Positions 27,519 through 37,858 of a DNA stretch of 64,000 bases are shown in pieces. The stretch lies in the IMG/VR virus record IMGVR_UViG_3300044981_000350, positions 1-64,000 of that record; one strand, given 5' to 3'. The notes beneath the pieces are model-generated. The model was given only the letters and a program-made list of their open reading frames with translations. It made no database searches and was not told the origin of the DNA. This stretch comes from a virus. Numbering within the stretch: position 1 is the first letter of the stretch; every line of letters begins with the position of its first letter. Both the position numbers and the translations under genes were made by a program.

Positions 27519-28991
27519 ATGGCCGAATCGAACGACCGCGGCGATCGCGAAACCCCGACCGTGGTGATCGCCCCCGACTCCAACCGTGCGAACCGCGAGT
27601 ATGAGGGGGTGGTGCGTGCAACCCTGCTTCGTTTTGGCTCCCCCGACCCCGACGGGGACCTCATCAAGACGAAGGATTATTGGAAGCACTGCCAAAGCGT
27701 GCGGATCGCCCCCGAGGTTTGCGGTGCGCTGATCTACGAGACGGTGCGGCATCGGCATGACCAGACGGTGATGCTTCGTGAAAACGTCGGCCTGATGGAA
27801 CCGACCTCGGAGAAAATCTACAAGGGCCAACTGGTCGTTGTGGGCGGTGAGCCGCATGTGGTGCGCAAGATCGACGGGGACCTCATCACGGTCCGGAACT
27901 TCAACACGGGCGAAACATATGCCGTGACGCGAGACGCTGTCACGCCGGCGACTTCGGCCTCGGAACCATCGGCGGCCGCGCCGACGGATCGGGGCCAAGA
28001 GTGGGAAGTGCGTGTGCATCGCCACCGCGGTTACTCCCTTGCCAAGATGAAAGATGTCGCGGGCCGCAAGCCCGACGAGATCACGGACCGCAACATCATC
28101 TGGGGCGAGTTCTATGACGACGAACGCGCCAAGGAGTTCGCGCGGAAGCTCGCCCAGGGCGGCTTCATCGCCGTGTATGGGCCCCGCAACGAGCTCTATC
28201 GGAGCGGCGCCAACGAGAAAGCCGAGGATCGCGTCGGTTTCAAGTGGGTCGACGTCTCCTTCGCCAAGACGGAAGATGCCGAGAAGTTCTGCAAGCTAAT
28301 CGAGAAGCAGGCTTCGAACATTGGCGCTTTCATGGGCGGCACCTCACACGGTGCGATCGTGACTACCAACGCGAACGACGCGACGATCCGGAAGGTGCTG
28401 AAGAAACACCGGTGGCAGGGCGCTTACTCGGTGCCGGCGGAGTTGAGCAGTGCCGCCGACGCCGGAGAATGTGCCGGTGACCCCTCCGCGATGGAAACCA
28501 TCGAGGCGGTGGCGGAACCCATCGATTCCAACGCGGTGCCGTGGGTGAAGGTGACGCGTGATGTGGATCGCTACTCCGCTGCGGTGAAGACGGCCGACAA
28601 GATCGGGCCGATCAAAGATACGTGCAAGGTCTACGACCTCTTGGGTGACGCCCTCAATAAGGAGGACCAAGAGGTATTTTGTGTCGTGCTACTCGACCTC
28701 CGCGGGAACCTCCGGGGAGTCTGCGAAGTCGCCCGAGGGCAACGCTCACGTGTGACGGTCGGTGTCGCTGACGTGCTGCGGCCGGTCATCGCGAGTGGCG
28801 CCGAGGGCTACCTAGTCGTTCATCAGCACCCGAGCGGAAAGGCGATGCCGAGTAAAGCCGATCGCGATCTTACGCGCCTCATCGCGGAGGCCACGAAGCC
28901 CTACGGCAAAGACGTGTGCTTCATCGATCACGTGGTCATCGGCATCGGGCAGGCCTATTCGATCTGTGAGTCGAAGCTCTACAAGTGCTGA
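27519..28991 (+). CDS. Multidomain protein with C-terminal RadC-like JAB domain
   Basis: DQEVF..LLD, VHQHPSGKAMPSKAD..LT, IDHVVIG; about 340 aa of unassigned N-terminal sequence. Confidence 0.85.
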   Translation: MAESNDRGDRETPTVVIAPDSNRANREYEGVVRATLLRFGSPDPDGDLIKTKDYWKHCQSVRIAPEVCGALIYETVRHRHDQTVMLRENVGLMEPTSEKIYKGQLVVVGGEPHVVRKIDGDLITVRNFNTGETYAVTRDAVTPATSASEPSAAAPTDRGQEWEVRVHRHRGYSLAKMKDVAGRKPDEITDRNIIWGEFYDDERAKEFARKLAQGGFIAVYGPRNELYRSGANEKAEDRVGFKWVDVSFAKTEDAEKFCKLIEKQASNIGAFMGGTSHGAIVTTNANDATIRKVLKKHRWQGAYSVPAELSSAADAGECAGDPSAMETIEAVAEPIDSNAVPWVKVTRDVDRYSAAVKTADKIGPIKDTCKVYDLLGDALNKEDQEVFCVVLLDLRGNLRGVCEVARGQRSRVTVGVADVLRPVIASGAEGYLVVHQHPSGKAMPSKADRDLTRLIAEATKPYGKDVCFIDHVVIGIGQAYSICESKLYKC

Positions 28992-29076
28992 TGGCTTGCG
29001 TTTTTCGGTAGCGGCCCCAACATAGGCCTGCTAAGAAACCTCCCTCACCTTCTCATCCCCGGGGAACTACCACCAG

Positions 29077-29691
29077 ATGCCGATCACGGACGTCAAAGAG
29101 TTCGGGCAGTACATCCAGGACAGCGCCGCATCCGACATCGATGAGCTGCCGAAGTGCGGCACCGTTGGATGGTTCGGGCCCAACCAAGGCTTCATGTACT
29201 TCGAGGTGTTCAAGCCGAACCCCCTCGACGTTTACTCGACCATCTTCGCGATCTTCCAAAGCGACGATACGATCCGCATCTATCAGCTTCCGGGCGCCAA
29301 ACCCCCCAACACGCCCGACGACAAGTGGCGCATCCGCCCCCCTTCGCGTTGGACCCTAACCCGGGTGGCGCCCACCTACGTCTCTGAGGCTTTCCCGAGC
29401 ATGGATGCCATCGCCGATGCTATCGTCGCGGAGTTCGACGAGCTTGGTGAAGCCTCCGCCAGCGCCGACGTGGAACTGACGCGGGTGATCGAGTTCCTCG
29501 AAGCCGCGAGCCCCCTCACACCCGTGCGTGAGCTCGTCGAGCAGTTGGGCGATCTTCAACACCGCGAGATCGATGACGACGATGACGAGGAGCCGGAAAC
29601 GGATCCCGCCGGTGCGGCCCCCACGGTTTCATCCCCACCAACCCCCGTGCCTCTTGCCCCCGTGCCCCCCTCCACAACGGAACCCCGATAA
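29077..29691 (+). CDS. Hypothetical acidic protein
   Basis: Long ORF with coding-like composition. Confidence 0.65.
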   Translation: MPITDVKEFGQYIQDSAASDIDELPKCGTVGWFGPNQGFMYFEVFKPNPLDVYSTIFAIFQSDDTIRIYQLPGAKPPNTPDDKWRIRPPSRWTLTRVAPTYVSEAFPSMDAIADAIVAEFDELGEASASADVELTRVIEFLEAASPLTPVRELVEQLGDLQHREIDDDDDEEPETDPAGAAPTVSSPPTPVPLAPVPPSTTEPR

Positions 29692-30543
29692 ATGACGTCG
29701 ACGGCCACCCTTACGTACACCGCCTTCCTCGGTGGTGCGACGGACACCGAGCTCGCGGCCCTCATAAGCGCGGTGCCGGTGCCCCCTTCGGTGTTGAACG
29801 CGCTCGGCCTGCGGGTCATCTCCGACAACACGCCGGTGGCTAACCCGGTCGTCCGGACGATTGTGCTCGCATTGAATCCCGCTAGCACCGCGACGGCCAC
29901 CGCGGCCCTCGCGACCCAGAATTCCGGGAGCGCAGTTGGGGCCATCACGGTCACGAGCCCGGGTTCGGGGTATGTCCTGCCCCCCATCGTTTCCTTCACT
30001 GGAGGCCGCCCCGCCAACGTGGTGGTCGCAGGTTTCCCAACGCTTTCCACCGATGTCAATCAGCTGGCGGTGTCGGCTAATAGCCCCGCAGCCGCCCAGG
30101 CCTATTTGAAGGTGGTAAGCACCAACATCGCGGCGGGCGGCTCGGGCTATTCCGCCGGCACCACGTTGAGCGTCGTGGGTGCGCAAGAGCAAGGCGCAAC
30201 CCCAGCGGTACTCACCCCCACGATTGTGGGCGGCGTCATCACCGCCGTGGCTATCACGAACGCAGGCGATGGCTACACCGGGATCCCGCAGGTGTTCGCG
30301 GTCGATCCGATGGGGACCGGCTCGGGCGCGGTCATCACGGCCGGCATGGGCGTTGGGAACATCGCGCTCTATCGTGGCGGCACCGGATACATTTCGGCAC
30401 CGACGGTGGTGCTCACGCCGGCCTTTCAGGCCCTCTTCCCCCCCACGGGCGATCAGGCCTATCCCCTTCAGCAACTCATGACGTCGGCACTCGAGGTCGC
30501 GACCATGGGGCCGGTGTTTGCAAGCCCGGTGATGATCGCGTGA
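29692..30543 (+). CDS. Putative virion protein with GxGY repeats
   Basis: Four repeats: SPGSGYVLPPIV, AGGSGYSAG, NAGDGYTGIPQV, RGGTGYISAPTV. Confidence 0.65.
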   Translation: MTSTATLTYTAFLGGATDTELAALISAVPVPPSVLNALGLRVISDNTPVANPVVRTIVLALNPASTATATAALATQNSGSAVGAITVTSPGSGYVLPPIVSFTGGRPANVVVAGFPTLSTDVNQLAVSANSPAAAQAYLKVVSTNIAAGGSGYSAGTTLSVVGAQEQGATPAVLTPTIVGGVITAVAITNAGDGYTGIPQVFAVDPMGTGSGAVITAGMGVGNIALYRGGTGYISAPTVVLTPAFQALFPPTGDQAYPLQQLMTSALEVATMGPVFASPVMIA

Positions 30544-30703
30544 AGCCGGCCGACAATCACCCGTTCAAAACCCGCCGCCGCGCCATCGCGGGCCCGAACG
30601 TCGACGACGCGCCCGCGAAACACCCACGCCCCGATTGGATGTCGAACAAGGATTTGCTCCCCAAGAAGCCGCCCGTGGGTCCGTCGACCCCGAAGGACTA
30701 CCG

Positions 30704-32212
30704 ATGAGTGACGATTTGGATCTCGAAGACACGTCGGAAGAGGAGCCCGAGGAGACCCCCAAGCCCGCACCGCGCAAGTCGATGCGGCCAAAACGCGGGG
30801 TTGGAAACGCAGGTGCATTACCGGCGGCCGTCGGCGTAGCCCCCGGGGCCCCCGCGCCATTCCGCCGCCAAGCTTCCGAGGCCGATGCGGTGTGGAATGA
30901 GCTCGTCGCGTGGCTTCCTTCTGCGGGATTGACCCCGCGTGACATCGCGATCCAAGTGCGTCGCGTCGCGCCCCCCGCGCCCTCCGGTGAACCCCTCCCG
31001 ATCGGTCGCGCGTTCGGCGGCGAGATGGTGAGCGGGAACAACACCGAGCCCCCCGGCTCTGCGCTTGTGCAGTTCGTCATGCGCTACATGCACATGCCCC
31101 TCACCCAGACACCGGCCAGCTACGATCTCATGTTCATGCGCAAGGCCACCGGCGCGCAACTCGCGACGGGCCGCTTGGCATTGCCTTCGGCTCAAGATTG
31201 CCAGGCGATGTTGCAGGCCGGCGAGCAAGCCGGTTTGGGGGCCCCGGGCGCACCGCCACAACAGATGTGGCAACCGCCGCCGATGTATCCGCAGGGCCCG
31301 GGGTTACCGCAGGGGTACCCTTGGCCTTCACAAGGGACCGGCTATCCCCAGACCTACCCCTCGGCGCAATTCGGGCCGCCCCCACAACCCACTGCGCCGC
31401 AAGGATTCGCGGCCCCCGGAATGGATCCCGGGGTGATGAGCGAACTCGCCTCACTCCGCGGTGCGCTCGGTGAAGCACTCGCAGCGGCGCGCGAAGGCCG
31501 TCAACCGAATATCCCCGGCATGACGCCCCCCGCAACCCCTACGGGCACCGGCGGCCTTACCGATCTCGATGTCGATCGCATTGCCGCACGCGTCGCGACG
31601 ATGATGGGCGCGGTTGCAAAAACAGTGGGGGCCCCGCCGGCACCTCCTCCGCCCGTCCCGACGGTTGCGGCGCCTCCCCCGGATTCGAGCCTCGAAGGGA
31701 TGATGCGCACCGCGGTCGCCGGCATGACCAAGCGCATCTTCGACACCGCCCTCGGGAGTGTCGAAAAGAGCGTGACGCGATCCATCGGCATCGGCGGTCT
31801 GCCGGGTGGTTCAGAAGACGATGGGGATGAAGAGCGGCCGGCGCCCGCGGAGATCATTCCGCCGGAGAAGCCCGAAGACATGGTGCCGTGGAAGGTCGGC
31901 GACGTCGGGGCCAACTGGAGTAACGGAAGCCCCGTCAAGATCGCGATGAACAAGGAGACGGGGAAATTGGATCCCATGGGCCTCGCCTTTGCGAACCCCG
32001 CGGTGGCCGAAAAGCTCATCGACGTCGCCAACGGTCTCGGGATGGCACTTCAGGATGCGATCAAAAACTTCGGGGCGAAACCCGGAGTCGGCGCACCGCC
32101 GCAGCCGAGCCCCCACGTGGTGCATTCGATCCCCGCCGGCGCCGTCGACGCTACGGTCGGGGCCTCAGATGATACGCCGCAAGCAATTCCCGACGGTTGG
32201 CAAGCGCCGTGA
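30704..32212 (+). CDS. Pro-rich putative virion/scaffold protein
   Basis: AAGGA RBS; P/Q-rich linker; several G(L/V)GAP motifs. Confidence 0.65.
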   Translation: MSDDLDLEDTSEEEPEETPKPAPRKSMRPKRGVGNAGALPAAVGVAPGAPAPFRRQASEADAVWNELVAWLPSAGLTPRDIAIQVRRVAPPAPSGEPLPIGRAFGGEMVSGNNTEPPGSALVQFVMRYMHMPLTQTPASYDLMFMRKATGAQLATGRLALPSAQDCQAMLQAGEQAGLGAPGAPPQQMWQPPPMYPQGPGLPQGYPWPSQGTGYPQTYPSAQFGPPPQPTAPQGFAAPGMDPGVMSELASLRGALGEALAAAREGRQPNIPGMTPPATPTGTGGLTDLDVDRIAARVATMMGAVAKTVGAPPAPPPPVPTVAAPPPDSSLEGMMRTAVAGMTKRIFDTALGSVEKSVTRSIGIGGLPGGSEDDGDEERPAPAEIIPPEKPEDMVPWKVGDVGANWSNGSPVKIAMNKETGKLDPMGLAFANPAVAEKLIDVANGLGMALQDAIKNFGAKPGVGAPPQPSPHVVHSIPAGAVDATVGASDDTPQAIPDGWQAP

Positions 32213-32328
32213 CTTGGTGCGATCTCGCCGAAATCGCCCTTTCGTTCGCGTCGGCGCCGGTTACGATGATGGCCCTCGCCTGCCTGGAGTGGTGGATCGA
32301 ACGCAGCCGACCCGTGTGATAGGCTTCG

Positions 32329-33639
32329 GTGGTGGTGACGCCCCATTGGCCGTCGTATCAAGGCACGGCCCGACGGGGCCTCGGGCTCGACGTGGGATCG
32401 CTCACGACGGTCGCCAGCAGCGCGGGCGCTGCGGCCAACGCCGGAGACGTCTTCAACCCGGATGATCCAACGCAGGATCTACCGGGGCAGGCTACGGCTC
32501 AGTTCAACTCGTTGGTGAATTCGGCCCAGCCCGCGGTAGCTCTACAGCAACAGCTTCAAAGCGCGATCGGCTCCGCCACCGGCCAAGCCCAAGCGGCTTT
32601 CCAAGGGTATGCGGGCGAGATCCAGGCCATCGAGAGCTACCCCGGGGCGGCGGAGGCGGCCGAAGGGATGATCACGGCCGCCGGTGGTGGTGTGCCGACG
32701 GACGCTCAGCTCCAAGGGGCCTTCACCGTCGCGGCAACCGCCGGTGCCGTGGCCCTCGGTGCGACCGCGACGGCCGCGGCGACTATCGTGGCGCCCCTCT
32801 GCGCGGTCGTATGGGGAGCCGGGTACGCGATTGGGGCCCTCGTCCAAAACATCCTCGGGATCACGAGCGGTAGCCCTGCACCATGCTCCGGCGGCGACAC
32901 CGCGGTGTACGGAACATCTCCCGGAGATCCGAACTGGCAAACGTACATGGGGTTATCGGGCCCAGAGCTCGGCGCACCGTGGGGCCCCTACGCACCCCAG
33001 CAAGCAGCGAACATCCAAACGTTGAAGAGCCTCGCCGGTAACCCGACGTACGGCGCCCCTGCGAACTGGCCCTATTGGACCCCGTACACGCGAGGGGCCT
33101 TCGAGAACTGGGCCGGCGGGATCATCATCCACGCCGAAGAGCTTTGGATGAATTGCAAGAAGGTGCCGCCGGACAACACGGCGACCACGCTCTTGAAGGG
33201 TCTCGTAGGGGCGTGGAACGCGCAGTACCCCAATGCGCCGAAGCGTCAGATCAACATCGCCGGCCTGGGGCCGACACCATTGGATGGCCAGATCAAGACG
33301 CTGAGCAACACGTCGTTTCCAACAAGTTTTCGGCCCCCGCTCTATTGGCAATGGATGGCATGGCAGGGCGATCCCATTCAGTACCTCTTGACCCAGGTCT
33401 CGAATGAGCAAGGGGGGAATATCGCGATCACCGTCGCCGACCCACCCCTGACGCCCCCCGCGGCCTCGGCCCCTACTACTTCCGCGGGTACCGCCGTCGC
33501 CAACGTCGCGGCCGGTACCGCCGTCGTCGGCGGGGCGGCACTCACCGGGACCGCAGTGTATGCTTTTGCCAAGGGTCAAGCCGTCAGCACCGTCCTCAAG
33601 TCGGGCTTGCTCGCGATCAAGGGATGGTTCATTCGATGA
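32329..33639 (+). CDS. Putative virion membrane protein (GLG leader, C-terminal hydrophobic anchor)
   Basis: RRGLG at aa 15-19; internal and C-terminal hydrophobic helices. Confidence 0.65.
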   Translation: MVVTPHWPSYQGTARRGLGLDVGSLTTVASSAGAAANAGDVFNPDDPTQDLPGQATAQFNSLVNSAQPAVALQQQLQSAIGSATGQAQAAFQGYAGEIQAIESYPGAAEAAEGMITAAGGGVPTDAQLQGAFTVAATAGAVALGATATAAATIVAPLCAVVWGAGYAIGALVQNILGITSGSPAPCSGGDTAVYGTSPGDPNWQTYMGLSGPELGAPWGPYAPQQAANIQTLKSLAGNPTYGAPANWPYWTPYTRGAFENWAGGIIIHAEELWMNCKKVPPDNTATTLLKGLVGAWNAQYPNAPKRQINIAGLGPTPLDGQIKTLSNTSFPTSFRPPLYWQWMAWQGDPIQYLLTQVSNEQGGNIAITVADPPLTPPAASAPTTSAGTAVANVAAGTAVVGGAALTGTAVYAFAKGQAVSTVLKSGLLAIKGWFIR

Positions 33640-34079
33640 AACGCCGCCGCAGAGCTCGCGCGAACCCGACGGGGGCCCAATGGCTCCTCATCTCGGGTGC
33701 AATCGGCGCCGTCGGTGTGCTGGGCTACCTCGTCTACAAGGCGAACGCCCCCGCTGCATCGCTCCCCTCCGGTGCCGGCTCGACCTACAACGTTCAGCTC
33801 TCTTCGGGTTCTCTCCCGACCATCACGATGTCGCTCTCGAAGGGCGACCAGATGAGCCTCACGCCCCCCGCGGGCGGTACCCTCCCCACCGTGACCTTCA
33901 GCCCCACGAACATCGTCGGCCCCAACCCCAACGGGGCCTACCTTGCCTACTCACCGATCGCGGTCGGTAGTACGACGTGCACGGTCAACTACACCGACAC
34001 GACCGATACAACCAGCACGACGAGCACCGCCACCGGCAACACCGAAACCGCAACCTTCACCGTGAACGTGACAGCTTGA
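33636..34079 (+). CDS. NP-leader membrane protein with small beta ectodomain
   Basis: MKRRRRARANP then TM (WLLISGAIGAVGVLGYLVY). Confidence 0.75.
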   Translation: MKRRRRARANPTGAQWLLISGAIGAVGVLGYLVYKANAPAASLPSGAGSTYNVQLSSGSLPTITMSLSKGDQMSLTPPAGGTLPTVTFSPTNIVGPNPNGAYLAYSPIAVGSTTCTVNYTDTTDTTSTTSTATGNTETATFTVNVTA

Positions 34080-34279
34080 TGGCTCGGCGTCGCGCGCGGG
34101 CGAACCCCGGAGTGGATGTGTGGCTCGCGCTTGGCGCAGGCGTCGCCTTGCTCGGTGCCGGCATCTACTTCTTCACCAGACCGGCAGCCACCACAAGCAC
34201 TACCGGCACCGGCGCACTTCCCCCAAGCACCCACCGCGCGGCCATCCCGATGGTCTACACCGCCCGCCTCACTTCCTGA
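34079..34279 (+). CDS. NP-leader membrane protein
   Basis: MARRRARANP then TM; TGATG overlap. Confidence 0.7.
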   Translation: MARRRARANPGVDVWLALGAGVALLGAGIYFFTRPAATTSTTGTGALPPSTHRAAIPMVYTARLTS

Positions 34280-34291
34280 TCGGAAACCCCC

Positions 34292-34738
34292 ATGGCCCGT
34301 CGACGCAAGCGCACCCGTAAGACTGAAGTTCGAGAGAACGGCCCCGAGCTCCTCTGGATTCTCGCTGGGTTGGGCGTTCTCGGCGCTGGCACCGTGGTCT
34401 ACCTCGCAACGCGGCCCCCGGCGACGACGACTCCCTCGTCGGCCGCGGTGCAGGCGGCGACGCAAGCGCGCCTCAACGCGATCGAGTCGAACATCGCTGA
34501 TCTGGCCAATGAAGGAATCCCGGCGCCGGTGAGTGATACGATCCCGAACAACGTCGCCACGGCTCTTTCGAACGGTGGCGGTAGTACGGGCCCCGTGAAC
34601 ACCGGGAACGCCGACGTCGACAACGCTGCGAACAGCGCGATCAATAACGCTACGGGCCAAGCTACCGACGCGGTGAATAACGCGACGAGCAGCGCCGGCA
34701 ACGCGGTGAACAGCGCGGCCTCTCAGCTCGGATTCTGA
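34292..34738 (+). CDS. NP-variant leader membrane protein
   Basis: MARRRKRTRKTEVRENGP then TM; N/A/T-rich tail. Confidence 0.7.
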   Translation: MARRRKRTRKTEVRENGPELLWILAGLGVLGAGTVVYLATRPPATTTPSSAAVQAATQARLNAIESNIADLANEGIPAPVSDTIPNNVATALSNGGGSTGPVNTGNADVDNAANSAINNATGQATDAVNNATSSAGNAVNSAASQLGF

Positions 34739-34747
34739 TCTTTTCCG

Positions 34748-35359
34748 ATGGCGCGCGCTCGTGAAAACCCCATTGAGCTGGCCGTGTGGCTCATCGCTGC
34801 CCTCGCGGCCGCAGCGACAGGTACGGTTGTCTACGTAGCTGCGAAGAAGAGCGCATCGAACGCCGCGGCCACTGCGGCGACAACGGCCGCGAACAATGCG
34901 GTGCTCATCGGCCCCGCCATCACGAACCCCGAGGCCGGCGGCGCGGGAAACTCTGTCGCCGAAGCGGCCAACGCCGCCTTTGTGGCCGATCAGCAAGCCG
35001 CCGCCGCGGCCGCCGCCGCCAACGCCGCCCACCTCGCGACGTTGACCGACACGACCTACCAGCTTTCATTGAGCGGGCAGGCCCCCTCAGCGACCGCCAG
35101 CTTTCTCCTCAAGGTCGGCGACACGATCCAGATCACGCCGAGTATGGCCGGGGACCCGCCCGTGGCTCGGGTGTGGACCTACAGCCCCGTGAGCTCTAGC
35201 AGCATCATCCAAGAGTTGGGCTCGGCCGATGGGGTGAGCGCCACCTTCAAAGCGACCGCCCCGGGCTCGGGGGTTCTCCTCGTGCAGAACGTCATGGCTG
35301 GCAACCAGAATGTCGTCTACATGACCTACACCGTCAACGTCGAGGTCATCGCAACGTAG
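34748..35359 (+). CDS. NP-leader membrane protein with Ig-like C-terminal domain
   Basis: MARARENP then TM; LKVGDTI...FKATAPGSG...YTVNVEV. Confidence 0.75.
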   Translation: MARARENPIELAVWLIAALAAAATGTVVYVAAKKSASNAAATAATTAANNAVLIGPAITNPEAGGAGNSVAEAANAAFVADQQAAAAAAAANAAHLATLTDTTYQLSLSGQAPSATASFLLKVGDTIQITPSMAGDPPVARVWTYSPVSSSSIIQELGSADGVSATFKATAPGSGVLLVQNVMAGNQNVVYMTYTVNVEVIAT

Positions 35360-35435
35360 GGGCGAACATAGGGTATTGGAGGCATGGGCGGGGGCAGCCT
35401 TAGCCAATTCTGCCCCGCCGCAGTAAACTCCCTCT

Positions 35436-35705
35436 ATGGACGTCAAGTCGGGCGCTCTGGTCGGTTTCGTGACGGCCCTCGGGGGTGTCGCCGGCCTCGT
35501 GTTCGGATACACGGCTGCGTCGCTGGTCGACGCCAAGAAGCCCGGTGAGGTCGCGGTAGGGTTCGGGGTGATCGGCGGCCTGGTGGCCTCCTTCGCGGCC
35601 GGCACCATCATCGCACCGGACGCAACTACGACGACCAGCACGACCACAACGACCCCCACCCCGGCGGTGGGCTCTTCCGGGATTCCGGCGCAACTCAGCC
35701 GATAA
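35436..35705 (+). CDS. Small two-TM protein with Thr-rich tail
   Basis: Two Gly-rich hydrophobic helices. Confidence 0.6.
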   Translation: MDVKSGALVGFVTALGGVAGLVFGYTAASLVDAKKPGEVAVGFGVIGGLVASFAAGTIIAPDATTTTSTTTTTPTPAVGSSGIPAQLSR

Positions 35706-35716
35706 AGGGCCCGGCC

Positions 35717-36931
35717 GTGGCCGACTTCAACCCCGCACTTCCCGCGACGGCGACCCGGCGGCCCTACCCCGATGGGGCCCCGGGCATTCGCATGTCCCTT
35801 GAGGCCATGGCGCAGAAGATGCGCGAGGGTCGGTTGGACCCCGGCGTGCGGGGATGGGCGATTCAGGCGTTGAAGGATGCGGGGATCGACGGGCGTGGAA
35901 ACACGACGGTGCGCGCGCAGGCTTCGGCGCTCTTGGATGCATTGCGGGCGGTCACGACATACGCACCAGATCCCTACGGGGCCGAGTATATCCCTAGCGC
36001 CGCCGCCACGTTGTGCCTCAAGCCAAACCTCTGCGTCAACGGCGAAGACTGCGACGGGTTGAGCGTTGCACTCGGAAGCCTGATGCTGTCGATTGGGATC
36101 CCGACCCAGATCGTCAAGCAGACCTTCGGGGGCGGCGCCCAAGAGCACGTCCTCATCGCGATCTACGACGGGACCGATTGGCTTTACGCTGATCCGTCGA
36201 CGCGGTTGCCGCTCGGGGGCGCCGTGAGTGCAGCGCGCGAAGATTGGATCGATCCGATGGGTGCGGTGGGCCCTCTGCCGGAGGCGCAACCCGAGATCAT
36301 CACCCTCGGAAAACCGCGCGGCCTCGGGAGCGTTCTCGGGTACCCGACGACTTCCGACGCGCACCAACTCCTCGACACGGCGATCTACAACGCCGGCCAG
36401 CTGAAGACCGCGTGGGATAACTGCAACAGCTGCACAGGCGCTTCGTCGACCACGTGCGGATGGCCTGACCCGGGTACGACTAACATTTCCGCAACCGGCC
36501 CCGGCGCCGATGCGTGGGCTGCGTGGCAAGCCGACTGCGGCAGTATGATCAACGACCTCAATACGCTCGTCGCGCAATGGAACGCGCAGAGCGCGACGGC
36601 TGCGCACTGGATGGATTCGTGGAGCTACGACCCGCTTTTTTGGGATCAGATCCGCGGTATCATCGAGCGTCAGATCGATCTCGATCAGCGCTTCCGAAAC
36701 AGCGGCACTAACTGCGCGCTCCCGACTTACCCGAATGAGCCGCAGCCGATCGCTACGAACGACCCCGACCAGTGGGTTTACCAGGATGCGAACAGCGCGA
36801 TCAAAGGGGTCGAGAGCGTTGCGGCCAATGCGGTGAAGCCGGTGTCGATCGCGATCGGCGGCATCGCAGTCGGCTTGATGCTCGCCGCCGGCGGTTACTT
36901 CCTTCTTGATCGACTCATCCCCCGGCGATGA
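35717..36931 (+). CDS. Transglutaminase-like cysteine enzyme (candidate maturation protease), C-terminal TM
   Basis: EDCDG...SLMLSIGIP (Cys), EHVL (His), WLYADPS (Asp); RGLG after the catalytic domain. Confidence 0.8.
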   Translation: MADFNPALPATATRRPYPDGAPGIRMSLEAMAQKMREGRLDPGVRGWAIQALKDAGIDGRGNTTVRAQASALLDALRAVTTYAPDPYGAEYIPSAAATLCLKPNLCVNGEDCDGLSVALGSLMLSIGIPTQIVKQTFGGGAQEHVLIAIYDGTDWLYADPSTRLPLGGAVSAAREDWIDPMGAVGPLPEAQPEIITLGKPRGLGSVLGYPTTSDAHQLLDTAIYNAGQLKTAWDNCNSCTGASSTTCGWPDPGTTNISATGPGADAWAAWQADCGSMINDLNTLVAQWNAQSATAAHWMDSWSYDPLFWDQIRGIIERQIDLDQRFRNSGTNCALPTYPNEPQPIATNDPDQWVYQDANSAIKGVESVAANAVKPVSIAIGGIAVGLMLAAGGYFLLDRLIPRR

Positions 36932-37581
36932 CCATGGGCTTGGTCGCTCCCGGTTCCTCCACGGCGTCGACCATCGCCCAATATTTTTTCTGGGGCGTCG
37001 TCGCCGCGGGGCTCGGCACCATCGGCTACTACATCTTCGCGCCGATCCCTCACGAGCGGGATAACCCTCGGCTCGGATCCGGCGGCCCGCGCGGTGGCTC
37101 GAAGAAACGCAAGCTGCCGATCGTGAAGGGCCGGAGCTGTCGGTTTGAAATGAAGGAAGGCCCCGATGTCACGTGCGCGGGGGCGATGCTCCACGACCCA
37201 ACGGGCAAGGCATGGCCGGCGCGTTCCGTTTTGTGCGGGCCCATTCGGCGCAAACTTCGGAAGGCATCCGATGCGGAGCTCGAGGGGGCGGGCCGCCACT
37301 ACTTCGGCGGGAGTTATCCCGCGCGCGTCGTTGAAATCGATGCGCCCAACCGCAGCATGGAAGGTTGGCGGTACCTCGGCGAGGTTGAGCGGATCTACTA
37401 CACGCGCGTGGGTCGAAAAAACGGCAATGTGCGGTTCCAACATCCCTTCAACAAACCGAGCGCGCTCGCGACGGTGATGAAGGGCCGGGGCAGGGTGCGG
37501 CTATACCGTAAGGGCCGCTTCGTTCGGTTGGAGCTCCCGCGGGGTAGCATTCTTGACAGTAGAGGCTATGTTTGGCCCTGA
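36928..37581 (+). CDS. Putative virion protein: N-terminal TM, DNP motif, basic domain
   Basis: FFWGVVAAGLGTIGYYIF, HERDNP, LGEVERIYY...FQHPF. Confidence 0.65.
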   Translation: MTMGLVAPGSSTASTIAQYFFWGVVAAGLGTIGYYIFAPIPHERDNPRLGSGGPRGGSKKRKLPIVKGRSCRFEMKEGPDVTCAGAMLHDPTGKAWPARSVLCGPIRRKLRKASDAELEGAGRHYFGGSYPARVVEIDAPNRSMEGWRYLGEVERIYYTRVGRKNGNVRFQHPFNKPSALATVMKGRGRVRLYRKGRFVRLELPRGSILDSRGYVWP

Positions 37582-37814
37582 TGACAAATAATCGGTCTCT
37601 CATCGTGGAATACAAAGGCGGCCTTGATGTGAGCATCGACCGGGCGGTGGAGAAGGGCGCCCGAAAAGAACGGGACGGCTCGGGGTTTTCGTTCCTCGAT
37701 GGAACTCGGGATCTCTCGTTCTCATTCACGCAGGGCCGTTTCGCCGAGGCTGCGAAGGCTCGAATCAAAGCCATGCTTGGGCGAAAGGTCACCACCCGCA
37801 TTGTCTCTCACTGA
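37581..37814 (+). CDS. Small hypothetical protein
   Basis: TGATG overlap; GSGFSFLDGTRDLSF. Confidence 0.5.
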   Translation: MTNNRSLIVEYKGGLDVSIDRAVEKGARKERDGSGFSFLDGTRDLSFSFTQGRFAEAAKARIKAMLGRKVTTRIVSH

Positions 37815-37858
37815 AGCTGCCGAGCGCGCCCTTGCCAAATTTGATAGGCTGATGGAGC

